A DNA stretch of 40,000 bases from Solirubrobacter soli DSM 22325 (lineage in GTDB: Bacteria > Actinomycetota > Thermoleophilia > Solirubrobacterales > Solirubrobacteraceae), in assembly GCF_000423665.1 (NCBI RefSeq), contig NZ_AUIK01000001.1:360669-400668 (forward strand), read 5' to 3'. Position 1 is the stretch's first letter. Each line of letters starts with the position of its first letter. A program made the translations under genes and the position numbers. Under the pieces are notes generated by a model, which worked only from the letters and a program-made list of their open reading frames with translations, did no database searches and had not been told where the DNA came from. Shown here piece by piece: positions 1 to 9,500 of the stretch.

Positions 1-474
1 CTCCCGTTCATGGCGGACCTCTACGAAGTGACGCGCGAGGTGGTCTCGCTCGCGGTGCTCGACGGCGTCGACACGGTCTGGATCGAGCAGCTGTCGGGGC
101 GTCTCGCCCCGCCGGTGCCGTCGCGGGTGGGCGGCCGGCTGCCCGCGCACGTCACCGCGGCGGGCAAGGTGCTGCTCGCGTTCGGGCCCGACATCGTCGA
201 CATGTTGGCTTTGGAACGCCACGGTCCGGGCACGATCACCGACCCGGCCGCGTTGCGCGCCGAGTTGGCCGCCGTGCGCGAGCGCGGGATCGCGATCAAC
301 CGCGAGGAGTCGCGAGCGGGCGTGCTCGGCGTCGCCGCCCCGGTATGGCGTGACGGAGCCGTCGTCGCGGCACTCGCGCTGGCGGTCGCGCGCCGCTCCC
401 GCTCAAGCCCCGAGACGATGGCACCCGCGGTTCGCACCGCCGCGCTGTCGCTCGGCCGAGCGCTTTCGCGATGA
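1..474 (+). CDS. IclR-family transcriptional regulator, C-terminal effector-binding part (5-prime end outside window)
   Basis: The frame is open from nt 1, so the ATG at nt 10 is probably internal. IclR-ED-like strings are present: 'GRLPAHVTAAGKVLLAF' and 'ERGIAINREESRAGVLGVAAPV'. The stop TGA at 472-474 overlaps the next ATG (ATGA). Confidence 0.8.
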   Translation, partial: LPFMADLYEVTREVVSLAVLDGVDTVWIEQLSGRLAPPVPSRVGGRLPAHVTAAGKVLLAFGPDIVDMLALERHGPGTITDPAALRAELAAVRERGIAINREESRAGVLGVAAPVWRDGAVVAALALAVARRSRSSPETMAPAVRTAALSLGRALSR

Positions 475-1172
475 TGTCCCTCGTGAATGTCGACGCATCC
501 TTCTCGCCCGAGCTGTTCGCGTTCCTGCGCGAGCTGGGCGCCAACAACGACCGCGAATGGTTCACCGCCAACAAGCCGCGCTTCGTCGCCGACGTCCAGG
601 AGCCCGCGCTGGCGTTCGTCGAGGACGTCGGGATGCGCCTGCCCGAGATCAGCCGCCACTTCGTCGCCGACGCCCGCCCCTCGGGCGGCTCGGTCTTCCG
701 CATCTACCGCGACGTCCGCTTCTCCAAGGACAAGTCGCCGTACAAGACGAACATCGGCATCCAGTTCCGCCACGCCCAGTCGCGCGACGTCCACGCGCCG
801 GGCTTCTACCTGAACCTCGAACCCGATCGCGTGTTCATGGCGTGCGGGTTGTGGCACCCGGATCGCGACACGCTGCACGCCATCCGCACGTCGATGGCGG
901 CCAAGCCAGGCCGCTGGCGCGCCGTCGTGAAGGAGCCGCCGTTCACCGACCATTTCCGGCTCGGCGGCGAGGCGCTCAAGCGCCCGCCGGCGGGGTTCGA
1001 CAAGGACCACGAGCTGATCGAGGACCTGAAGCGCAAGGACTTCATCGCGTACGTGGACCTGAGTGAGGAGCACGCGGTCGCGGGCGACTTCCTCGACCAG
1101 TTCCTGTCGCTGTGCGCGGACGCCGGCCCGTTCATGCGCTACCTCTGCGACGGCGCGCGCGTGCAGTATTAG
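471..1172 (+). CDS. DUF2461 (TIGR02453-type) family protein
   Basis: 233 aa. Hallmark strings 'NNDREWFTANKPRF' and 'FRIYRDVRFSKDKSPYKT' are present. The start is coupled to the upstream gene by an ATGA overlap. Confidence 0.85.
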   Translation: MMSLVNVDASFSPELFAFLRELGANNDREWFTANKPRFVADVQEPALAFVEDVGMRLPEISRHFVADARPSGGSVFRIYRDVRFSKDKSPYKTNIGIQFRHAQSRDVHAPGFYLNLEPDRVFMACGLWHPDRDTLHAIRTSMAAKPGRWRAVVKEPPFTDHFRLGGEALKRPPAGFDKDHELIEDLKRKDFIAYVDLSEEHAVAGDFLDQFLSLCADAGPFMRYLCDGARVQY

Positions 1173-2245
1173 ACGGCTCGCAGCCGGAGCCGCGGGCGGG
1201 CGTTGTTCACGTAGCCCTTCGGGTTCCACAGCGCGGCCTCGTCCTCCGGCTGCGTGGCCGCGGACGAGTCCCACGCGCGCACGGTCAGCTCGTGCTCGCC
1301 GGGCGCGAGCTGGACCGTGATCCGCCAGTGTCGCCACGCCCACGGTCCGAGGTCGTCGAGCAACTCGGCCTGCGACCAGGACGCGCCCGCATCGAGCGAG
1401 ACGTCGACCCGCGCGACGTGCCGCTCCCCGCCCGCGAACGCGTACCCGCGGACCTCGACCGGGCCGGCCGCGACGGTCTCACCCTCCGTCGGAGCCAGCA
1501 CGTCGGCGTTGAGCGCGACCAGCCCGAGCGGCATTCCTGCGCCGCGAGCCGGCGTCGCGTCCTCGGGCAACAGCCGATAGACGACCTGCTGGAAGTAGCC
1601 CTGCCAGGGATGCTCGCGAACCTCGATCCGCTCGAGCCACTTGACGCTGCGGGCGCCGATGTAGCCCGGGACGACGACCCGCACCGGCGCGCCGTGCACG
1701 GGCGTGAGCGGCTCGCCGTTCATCGCCCACGCGAGCAGCACCTCGGGGCGGCAGCCCTTGTCGAGTGGGATCGACCCGCCGAAGTGCTGTGGCGGCTTCG
1801 CCTCGGGGGACGCGTCGGCGCCCTCGAAGCCGACGTGCGTCGCCTTGCGCAGCGGACCGGCGAGCGCGAGAACGTCGCCGAGCGCGACCCCGGACCACGT
1901 CGCGGTTCCCGTCGCGCCCGGGCCCCATGGCGCCTCGCCGGGTATGTCCTTGTAGGCGAGCAGGCCCGCGCGGCGGTTGCCCGCGCACTGCAGCGTCGCG
2001 GTGACCGTGCGCTCGCGAAACGCCTCACGCAGCGTCGCCAGCGACAGGTCGAGCTCCTGCTCGACCGCTCCGAACACCCGCAGCCGCCATCTGCCGGGAT
2101 CGATGTCGGGCACCGCACCGTGCGACCGCACGTAGAACGCGTCCGTGGCGGTGATCGGACCCTCGGCCAGCGCGGACCGGCAGGTCTCGGCGTTGAACGG
2201 CTCCTGCTCGTGGACGATCAGGTCGGCGCGCTTGCCATGGCGCAT
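1169..2245 (-). CDS. sulfite-oxidase-family molybdopterin oxidoreductase (catalytic plus dimerisation domains)
   Basis: 358 aa. It has the Mo-ligand Cys context 'TLQCAGNRR', the string 'HGAPVRVVVPGYIGARSVKWL', and a C-terminal Ig-like part 'VRGYAFAGGERHVARVDVSLDAG'. Confidence 0.85.
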   Translation of the reverse strand: MRHGKRADLIVHEQEPFNAETCRSALAEGPITATDAFYVRSHGAVPDIDPGRWRLRVFGAVEQELDLSLATLREAFRERTVTATLQCAGNRRAGLLAYKDIPGEAPWGPGATGTATWSGVALGDVLALAGPLRKATHVGFEGADASPEAKPPQHFGGSIPLDKGCRPEVLLAWAMNGEPLTPVHGAPVRVVVPGYIGARSVKWLERIEVREHPWQGYFQQVVYRLLPEDATPARGAGMPLGLVALNADVLAPTEGETVAAGPVEVRGYAFAGGERHVARVDVSLDAGASWSQAELLDDLGPWAWRHWRITVQLAPGEHELTVRAWDSSAATQPEDEAALWNPKGYVNNARPRLRLRAV

Positions 2246-2265
2246 CCGCCGACACTACCGTCTCG

Positions 2266-3234
2266 TCACCGCATGACGGCGTCGACGAGCGGCGCATAGG
2301 CCTTGTCGCCGCTCTTCAGTTTCGTGAGGCCGGCCGTCAACGTGCTGAGCCGCTCACCCTTCATGCGCGCTTTGAAGGCCTTCAGGCGAGCGACGAACTC
2401 GTCCTGGACCGCCTTGTCCGCACCGAGCCATTTCTCGGCCGCCGCCACGAGCTCGTTCTCGTAGACGCGATGCGCCCCCTCCTCGACGCCCGGCGCCTCG
2501 ACCGGGAAGCCGGCGATGAAGCCCTCGAGGTGCGCCAGCGCCTCAGTGTTCACCTTCGTGCCCGGGATGCGTTCGCGCACGAGCGCCCGGTCGACCGCCG
2601 ACATGGCCTGCTTCTCCAGCCACCCCTCGAAGGGCAGCTTCGTCGCTTCCTCCCGCCAGCGCTTGAGCGCCTTCGCCGCCAACTGGTCGTGGAACGCGTG
2701 CTCCATCTCGTGGCGCAGGACGCCGAGCGCCGCCGCCTTGTTGCCCGGATCGAACGCCCGCGGGCCGAGCAGGATCGCGACCTTCGGCTCCTCGCCGGTT
2801 CGCGTGGTCGGCAGCTTTCCCGTGTACTCCCCGCCGACGAGGAACCCCGTCTGGCCCCTGGGCTCGAGCCGGGCGACGAAGTTCAGTCCCGGCTTGAGGC
2901 TCGCGGCCTCCGGCCGCAGCGCCGTGTTGATGTCGCTCGCGGCCGTGCCGGCGACGTCCTGGAGCTTGGTCGCCTGGAGCAGCGTCGCGAGCTCGGAGTA
3001 GAGCTGCACGTTCTTCCCGCCGCCGCGCACGTCCGCCGCCCACCCGGCGTCGTCGAGGTCGGTGACCGGCTCGGTCTTCAGCCGCGAGGGGGCGGGCTCG
3101 CGCGCCAGCATCCGGAGCACCGCCTGATTGCCGAGCCCGCGCTGCAGCGCCAGCATCGCGTGCTCGCGTTGCGGCGGCGCGCGTCTGGACGGGCGCGTCT
3201 CCTCGAGGTCCGTCTCGTGCGCTCGCCGGTGCAT
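2266..3234 (-). CDS. hypothetical protein with 'LQRxxGNxAVxRxLARxPAP' leader and HExxH motif (putative metallopeptidase-like)
   Basis: 322 aa with an ATG start (cat at 3232-3234). The N-terminal leader is 'LALQRGLGNQAVLRMLAREPAPS'. 'LRHEMEHAFH' contains HExxH. Coding-like composition contrasts with the Arg/Pro-rich shadow frames. Confidence 0.6.
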   Translation of the reverse strand: MHRRAHETDLEETRPSRRAPPQREHAMLALQRGLGNQAVLRMLAREPAPSRLKTEPVTDLDDAGWAADVRGGGKNVQLYSELATLLQATKLQDVAGTAASDINTALRPEAASLKPGLNFVARLEPRGQTGFLVGGEYTGKLPTTRTGEEPKVAILLGPRAFDPGNKAAALGVLRHEMEHAFHDQLAAKALKRWREEATKLPFEGWLEKQAMSAVDRALVRERIPGTKVNTEALAHLEGFIAGFPVEAPGVEEGAHRVYENELVAAAEKWLGADKAVQDEFVARLKAFKARMKGERLSTLTAGLTKLKSGDKAYAPLVDAVMR

Positions 3235-3291
3235 GGTCCTGGTCGATCATCCGGGCGCCGGCCTCCCTCGTCTATGGGGCGAGCCGCACCC

Positions 3292-3909
3292 TCACGGACC
3301 GATGACCCGGCCGACGAGCCGGATCAGGCGGGCGGGAACGACGGCGTTGCGCTCCTCCTCCCAGACCCGGGCGCGGGTGAAGCGGCGGTACCCCATGAGC
3401 TTGAGCGCGACGTCGGCGCGGGCCGAGGCGGCGCCGTGGCTCTGCGCCGGCTCCCCGCTCAGCAGGTCGATCCGGCACAGGTGCTTGACGTTGACGAACC
3501 CGTAGTGCGCGGGGGCGACGAGCCGCACGGGCGCGCCGTGCTTCGCATCGAGCGGCGCGCCGTCGAGGCGGTCGGCGAGCAGCACGTCGTCTTGGAGCGC
3601 GTCCTCGACCAGCATCACGGACCAGTGGCCGTCGAGCCCTTCGAGGCGCACGTGCGTCGCGTCCGCGGGCGGGTCCAGCACCTCGCGGAGCGGCACGCCC
3701 TCCCAGCGCAGCCCGCGCGCCGACCATCCGGCGACGCAGTGGAAGTCGGCGACGAGCGTCCGCCGCGGAAGCGAGGCGAGGTCACTGATCGTCGCTCCGG
3801 CGATCTCGATCACGGGCGTGGCCGGGACGGTGGGTGGCGGACCTTGGTTCGTACCGAAGCGCGGGAAGCGGTCAAGCGCCCGCTGGCCTGGGGGAAGTGG
3901 AGTATCCAT
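3292..3909 (-). CDS. small molybdopterin-dependent oxidoreductase (sulfite-oxidase-like / YedY-like catalytic domain)
   Basis: The ORF track extends to 4083, but that part is antisense to the TetR gene. The ATG at 3909 gives 'MDTPLPPGQRALDRFPRFG...'. The strings 'FHCVAGWSARGLRWEGV' and 'HGAPVRLVAPAHYGFVNVKHL' are present. Confidence 0.8.
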   Translation of the reverse strand: MDTPLPPGQRALDRFPRFGTNQGPPPTVPATPVIEIAGATISDLASLPRRTLVADFHCVAGWSARGLRWEGVPLREVLDPPADATHVRLEGLDGHWSVMLVEDALQDDVLLADRLDGAPLDAKHGAPVRLVAPAHYGFVNVKHLCRIDLLSGEPAQSHGAASARADVALKLMGYRRFTRARVWEEERNAVVPARLIRLVGRVIGP

Positions 3910-3941
3910 ACGGTTGCGTATGGATACGCTAGCGTATGGAT
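3904..3941. promoter_or_regulatory. candidate TetR operator: three copies of a 9-bp motif spanning both divergent start codons
   Basis: ATCCATACG (3904-3912), a 4-nt spacer, then CGTATGGAT (3917-3925) form a perfect inverted repeat. CGTATGGAT occurs again at 3933-3941. ATACGCTAGCGTAT (3924-3937) is a perfect 14-bp palindrome. Only 33 bp separate the two divergent start codons (3909 and 3943). Confidence 0.6.
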
Positions 3942-3942
3942 C

Positions 3943-4494
3943 ATGCCCGCGCAAGCCCGCACACCGCGCAGCGACTGGATCGCGGCCGGCCTGAACGCCC
4001 TCGCCCGCGGCGGCCCGGAGGCCGTCCGCGTCGAGCCGCTCGCGCGCGAACTGGGCGCTACCAAGGGCAGCTTCTATTGGCACTTCAGCGACCGCGCCGG
4101 GCTGCTCGACGCCTTATTGGATGACTGGGAACGAGCCGTGGTCGATGACGTCATCGCCCAGGTCGACGCCGGCGGCGGCGACGCCCGCGACCGGCTCCGC
4201 CGCTTGTTCGCCCTCGCCGGCACGCGCCGCGACCTGCCGGCCGTCGAGCTCGCGATCCGCGACTGGGCGCGCCGCGACGACGGGGTCGCGCGCCGGCTCA
4301 AGCGCCTAGACAACCGCCGGTTCGCCTACATGCGGCCGCTGTTCGCCGCGTTCGCGGAGGACGACGCCGACGCCGAAGTCCGCTGCACCCTCGCCTTCGC
4401 ACTGTTCGTGGGACACCCGCTGATCGCCGCCGACCACCCGGGCCGCAAGCGCAAGGACGTCCTCGACCTAGCGCTCGCCCACCTGCTGCGCTGA
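3943..4494 (+). CDS. TetR/AcrR-family transcriptional regulator
   Basis: 183 aa from the ATG at 3943, in frame with the 2470..4494 ORF whose upstream part is shadow. The HTH string is 'VEPLARELGATKGSFYWHFSDRAGLLDALL'. Confidence 0.9.
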   Translation: MPAQARTPRSDWIAAGLNALARGGPEAVRVEPLARELGATKGSFYWHFSDRAGLLDALLDDWERAVVDDVIAQVDAGGGDARDRLRRLFALAGTRRDLPAVELAIRDWARRDDGVARRLKRLDNRRFAYMRPLFAAFAEDDADAEVRCTLAFALFVGHPLIAADHPGRKRKDVLDLALAHLLR

Positions 4495-5310
4495 GCGGCT
4501 CTCGACCTCGCGCAGCAACTGCTGAACGGTTGCGTCACGCCGCAGCCGCTCGTCGATGAGCGGATTGACGATCCCGCGCAGTGTGGAGAGCGCCGCCCAC
4601 CGGCGCGGGCGGACGATCCGCGCGGCGCGACGCTCGATCCCGCGTGCGATCGCCTCGCCCGCCGCCTCCGGTGGGAGTCGCTTGTGGAGTTGCTTCGGGT
4701 AGGTCGCGAGCATGCGGTCGGCGAGCGGGTCGGCGTCGATCGTCTCGTGCACCATGTGGGTGTCGATGAAGCCGAAGTAGGCGACGCTCGCGCTCGCGCC
4801 ATGTTGGGCGAGCTCGACGCGCAGGGCCCGCCCGAGCTGCTCGACACCCGCCTTGGCGACCGCGTACGGGGTCGCGCCGACGCCGTTCGCGAACGCGTAC
4901 ACCGATGCCACCAGCACGACGTGCCCTTGGCGCTTCGCGACGTGCGGAAGACCTGCATGCACGGTGCGCCAGACGCCGAGGAGGTCGACCTCGACGACCC
5001 GCTCGAAGACGTCGGGGTCCATCGTCAGCGCGGTCGTCACCTTCGGCGCGATGCCCGCGTTGGCGACGATCACGTCGAGTCCGCCGAAACGTTCGATCGT
5101 GGCTTCGACCGCGTTCTTGATGGCTTCGCGGTCGGTCACGTCGGCTGCGAGTCCGAGCGTGCGTTGTGGGTCGAACGCGGCCGGCGGGTCGAGGTCCACG
5201 AGCGCGACCTTCGCGCCGCGGGCGTGGAGCGAGCGCGCGGTCGCGGCGCCGATCCCGCGCGCCGCGCCGGTGACCAGCGCCACCTGGCCATTCAGCGAGT
5301 AACGGCCCAT
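4468..5310 (-). CDS. SDR-family (short-chain dehydrogenase/reductase) oxidoreductase
   Basis: 280 aa. It has the cofactor motif 'VTGAARGIGAA' (TGxxxGIG), 'NAGI', and the catalytic 'YAVAKAG' (YxxxK). Confidence 0.9.
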   Translation of the reverse strand: MGRYSLNGQVALVTGAARGIGAATARSLHARGAKVALVDLDPPAAFDPQRTLGLAADVTDREAIKNAVEATIERFGGLDVIVANAGIAPKVTTALTMDPDVFERVVEVDLLGVWRTVHAGLPHVAKRQGHVVLVASVYAFANGVGATPYAVAKAGVEQLGRALRVELAQHGASASVAYFGFIDTHMVHETIDADPLADRMLATYPKQLHKRLPPEAAGEAIARGIERRAARIVRPRRWAALSTLRGIVNPLIDERLRRDATVQQLLREVESRSAQQVGER

Positions 5311-5340
5311 GGCGTGACTCTAGTCCGGTTCAATAGGTCG

Positions 5341-6072
5341 ATGTCGTTGGCGCGTGTCCGTGAGGCCACCCCGGAGCTGGACCGCCCCACGACCGTCGCG
5401 CCCGCGCTCGAGTCCGCGCCCCAGGTGGTGCTCAGCCTCCAGCGGACCGTGGGCAACGCGGCCGTCTGCCGCTTCCTTGCCCGCCAGCCCGCGCCGACGC
5501 AGACGAACACGGCTGCGCCCGTCGCGAAGGTCGGGGTCGTCGGCGGCAAGCGCCCGGCGATCACGGAGACATCAAAGAGCTTCGACGACTGCAACGCCGC
5601 CGTGGCATGGATCAACTCCGGCGTCTACACCGGCGAGGCCCAGCCCGTCTACAAGCCGACCGCCGGCAAGATCCGCCACAAGAAGCTGCCCGACGGGACC
5701 CAGCAGGGCGAGGTCGACATCACCTGGGCCTACGACAGCTCCTCCACCGCCGAGGTGATCGTCCCGACCTGGCCGGACATGACCGACGCCGACAAGGCGG
5801 CCGTCGCCAAGTACAAGTCCGCCCTCAAGGCCCACGAGGTCATGCACTTCGACGTCACCGACAAGGTCGTCAAGGCACTCCCGAAGACCGTCACCGCGAC
5901 CGGCAGCGACCCGGCGGACGCCACCACGAACCTCCAGAACGAGGTCAACACCTATCAGTCGGACGCCCAGACCGCGATCGACACCGCCACGACCGACTAC
6001 GACACGCTCACCGGCCACGGCGCGAAACAATCCGCGGTGGGCGGCGTCGACGTGCATCTCGCCTGCCCATAG
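5341..6072 (+). CDS. hypothetical protein with 'LQRxxGNxAVxRxLARxPAP' leader and HExxH motif (putative Zn-peptidase-like)
   Basis: 243 aa from the ATG at 5341, in frame with the 4684..6072 ORF whose upstream part is antisense to the SDR gene. The leader is 'LSLQRTVGNAAVCRFLARQPAPT'. 'LKAHEVMHFD' contains HExxH. Confidence 0.6.
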   Translation: MSLARVREATPELDRPTTVAPALESAPQVVLSLQRTVGNAAVCRFLARQPAPTQTNTAAPVAKVGVVGGKRPAITETSKSFDDCNAAVAWINSGVYTGEAQPVYKPTAGKIRHKKLPDGTQQGEVDITWAYDSSSTAEVIVPTWPDMTDADKAAVAKYKSALKAHEVMHFDVTDKVVKALPKTVTATGSDPADATTNLQNEVNTYQSDAQTAIDTATTDYDTLTGHGAKQSAVGGVDVHLACP

Positions 6073-6106
6073 GGGCGAACCTTCCGCGTCCGCGCCTACA
6101 ACAGGC

Positions 6107-6433
6107 ATGGACGAACCCATCCACGTCATCGTGCCGGGCTCCGGAGACGACCCGCGCATCGACACCTCGATCCCCGGCATCGTGATGCATCGTGTGCCGC
6201 CCCTGCACCCGGATGACCTCACGGTGGTCGACGGCATCCCGGTCACCTCGCCTTCGCGCACCTTGATCGACTGCGCCGAGGACTTGACCCGCGACGAACT
6301 CCGGGCGCTCTTCACCCGCTTCCGAGCACTCGGCCTGCTCGACCCGGACGCGCTCCGGGCGTCGCGGGCGCGGGTGGAGTGGCGCCCGTCGCTCGCGATG
6401 CTCGACGAGGTGATCGCCGAGTTCTGCGACTGA
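6107..6433 (+). CDS. hypothetical protein (108 aa)
   Basis: ATG start with non-shadow-like composition. 'VTSPSRTLIDCAEDL' recalls the N-terminal region of DUF559-associated or AbiEi-like proteins, but no nuclease domain follows. Confidence 0.4.
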   Translation: MDEPIHVIVPGSGDDPRIDTSIPGIVMHRVPPLHPDDLTVVDGIPVTSPSRTLIDCAEDLTRDELRALFTRFRALGLLDPDALRASRARVEWRPSLAMLDEVIAEFCD

Positions 6434-6516
6434 AGTGAGACCTACTTCCGAGTAGTTCGGCTTGACTTGCGCTCACGCACCCTAAGAGGATCGGCGCGAC
6501 TCACCAAGGAGCGCGT

Positions 6517-9500
6517 ATGCGGAAGGCTTGCAGGGCTTTGGGGATCGTGGTGGCGGCGACCGTGTTCGCGGTGCTCGTGCCGCCCGCGGCCGGCGCGGCG
6601 ACGTGCAACTACGTCGCCCCGATGCCCGGCTTCTGGCAGGACCCGCTCAACTGGGACTGCCCGGGCGGGCCGACCGCCACCGACGACGTCGTGCTCGGGA
6701 CCGGCGACAGCGTCACTTTGTCGGCTGACGCCGCAGCCGCCTCACTGTCGGTCACCGGCGCGACCCTCACGTTCGGCACCAGCAAGTTGGACGTGTCCGG
6801 CGCCACCGTGCTCAACTCGGGCACGCTGACGGGCGCCGGGCGTCTCAACGCCGGGGGCGGCTTCGTGAAGAGCACGGCCGGCCAGATGACCCTGACCAGC
6901 GGGGTGACGGTCGCCCCGACCGCCGACTCGACCTGGACCATGGGGGACCTCTGCGTCACGAACGCGTCGACGTTGCGTATCCAGAACGCGTTGGACATCG
7001 CGGCGGGCGCCGGCTCGTTCAACTGCAGCTCGAACGACTCGATCGTGCAGTTCACCGCGACGAGCCTCGTGACGGTCGCGGGAACCCGCTCCTGGTTCTC
7101 GCGGGTCGACAACGACGGCACCGTGTCGCTCGGCAGCGGCACGTTGACGCTCTCGGCCGCGGCGCCGAACACCGACGCGGGCGCTTGGTCGATCGGCGCG
7201 GCGGCGCAGTTGACGATCTCCGCCGATCGCACCGTTGCCGCCGTTACGGGCGCCGGCACGCTCCTGGTCAACAGCGGTACCACGACCGTGCCCAACGGCG
7301 GCACGCTGAACCCTGCTGTGTTGACCGTGTCCGGCGGGGTTGTGAACGTCGACGGCACCACGCCCGCGTTGACGTTGGCTTCGGTCAACCTGACCGGTGG
7401 AACGCTCGGCGGCACGCGCAACCGGACGATCACGTCGCTCGCCGCGCAGTCCGGGACCTTGAGCGGCGCTCAGACCACGACCGTCAGCGGCTCGTTCGTC
7501 AAAAGCACGACCGGGCAGCTGACCGTCACCGGCTCGACCACGATCCGCCCGGTCATTGATGTGTCCTGGAACGCCGGCGACATCTGCATCACCAGCGGCT
7601 CCACCTTCCGGCTGCAGAACGAGCTCGGCATCGCCGCCGGCGCGGGGTCGTTCAACTGCTCCTCGAACGACTCGCTCGTCCAGCTCACGCCGACGGCCTC
7701 GATCGACGTCGCCGGCGGCACCCGCACCTGGTTCTCGCGGGTCGACAACGACGGGCTCGTGTCGCTGGCCGCCGGGGCCCTGACATTGAGCGCCGCGGGG
7801 GCGAATACCGACGCCGGCTCGTGGGCGATCGCCGGTGGGTCCCAGTTGACGATCTCCGCCGACCGCACCCTCGCCGCCGTCGGCGGAGCCGGCACGCTGC
7901 TGGTCAACAGCGGCACGACGACGATCCCCGACGGCGCGACCCTCAACCCCGCGGTCCTGACCGTCTCGGGCGGGGTCCTGAACGTCGACGGCACCGCGCC
8001 CGCGTTGACGTTGCCCGTGGTCAACCTGACCGGCGGGACGCTCGGCGGCACCCGCAACCGCACGATCACGTCGCTCGCCGCGCAGTCCGGGACGTTGAGC
8101 GGCGCGCAGACCACGACGCTCAACGGCTTCGTCAAGAGCACCGCAGGCCAGCTGACCGTCACCGGTGCAACCACGATCCGCCCGGTCGTCGACGTGTCCT
8201 GGAACGCCGGCGACATCTGCATCACGAGCGGCTCCACCTTCCGAATCCAGAACGAGCTCGACATCGCCGCCGCCGCCGGCTCCTTCAACTGCTCATCCAA
8301 CGACTCGCTCGTCCAGCTCACGCCGACCGCCTCGATCGACGTCGCCGGCGGCACCCGCAGCTGGTTCTCCCGGATCGACAACGACGGACTCGTCAAGCTC
8401 GACGCGGGCGGGTTGACCTTGAGCGCCGCTGGGGCGAACACCGACGCCGGTGCCTGGTCGATCGCCGCCCCGTCCCAGCTGACCGTGTCCGCCGACCACA
8501 TTTTCGCGGCGATCGGCGGCGCCGGGACGCTGCTGGTCAACGGCGGCACCACCACGATCCCGCAAAGCGCCACCTTGAACCCCGCCGTCCTGAATCTCAG
8601 CGGCGGAGTCGTCACCGTCGACGGCACCGCGCCCGCATTGACGTTGCCTGTGGTCAATCTGACCGGCGGGACGCTCGGCGGCACCCGCGCGCGGAGCATC
8701 GCGTCGCTCGCCGCGCAGTCCGGAACGCTGACGGGCGCGGCGACCACCACGGTCACCGGCTCCTTCGTCAAGTCCACCGACAACCAACTGACGCTGACCG
8801 GCGGCGTCACAGTCCACCCGGCGATCGACGTGAGCTGGACCGGAGGCAGCATCTGCATCACCAGCGGCTCGTCACTGCAACTCGACCACGCATTGAACGT
8901 GGCCACCGGCGCGGGGTCCTTCAACTGCTCGTCGAACGACTCGCTCGTGCGGGTGAGCGCAACCGGCTCGATCGACGTCGCCGGCGGCACCCGCACCTGG
9001 TTCTCGCAGGTGGACAACGACGGGCTGGTCTCGCTCGACGCCGGCGCTCTGACGCTGGGCGCCGCCGGCGCCAACACCGACGCCGGAGCCTGGTCGATCG
9101 CCGCGCCCGCCCAACTGACGATCTCCGCCGACCGCACCTTGAATGCGATGGGCGGTCCCGGCACGTTGGTGGTCAACGGCGGCACCCTCACGGTGCCGGA
9201 CGGCGGAACCCTCACCCCCACCGTGCTGCAGATGCTCGGCGGCGTGGTGAACCTCAACGGCACCCAGCCGGCGACGTCCTGGGTCCAGGTCGCGTTGCAG
9301 GGCGGAACGCTCGCCGGCACCCGCAACCGGTCGATCGGGAATCTCGCGGTCACGTCGGGCACGATGTCCGGCCCCGCCACCACGACGGTGACCGGCGCAT
9401 TTGGGAAGAGCGGCCCGAACCAGCTCACCCTCAACGGCGGCGTAACCCTGCGCGTGGGCAACAGCGCCTGGGACGGCGGCTCTGTGTGCGTCACGAACGG

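Noticed and set aside
21-1343. A 440-aa minus-strand ORF, plus several 100-240-aa ORFs at 296-1135, overlapping the IclR and DUF2461 genes.
   Set aside because: These are Arg/Ala/Pro/Gly-rich shadow frames, typical of ~70% GC DNA. They are antisense or out of frame to genes with clear family motifs, and no motif of their own is present.
2470-3942. The first 491 codons of the 674-aa plus-strand ORF 2470..4494.
   Set aside because: This part is antisense to two well-supported minus-strand genes (2266-3234 and 3292-3909) and has shadow-frame composition. Only the last 183 codons, from ATG 3943, form the TetR gene.
4684-5340. The upstream 219 codons of the 462-aa ORF 4684..6072.
   Set aside because: This part is antisense to the SDR gene, which has clear TGxxxGIG and YxxxK motifs. 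The plausible gene starts at ATG 5341.
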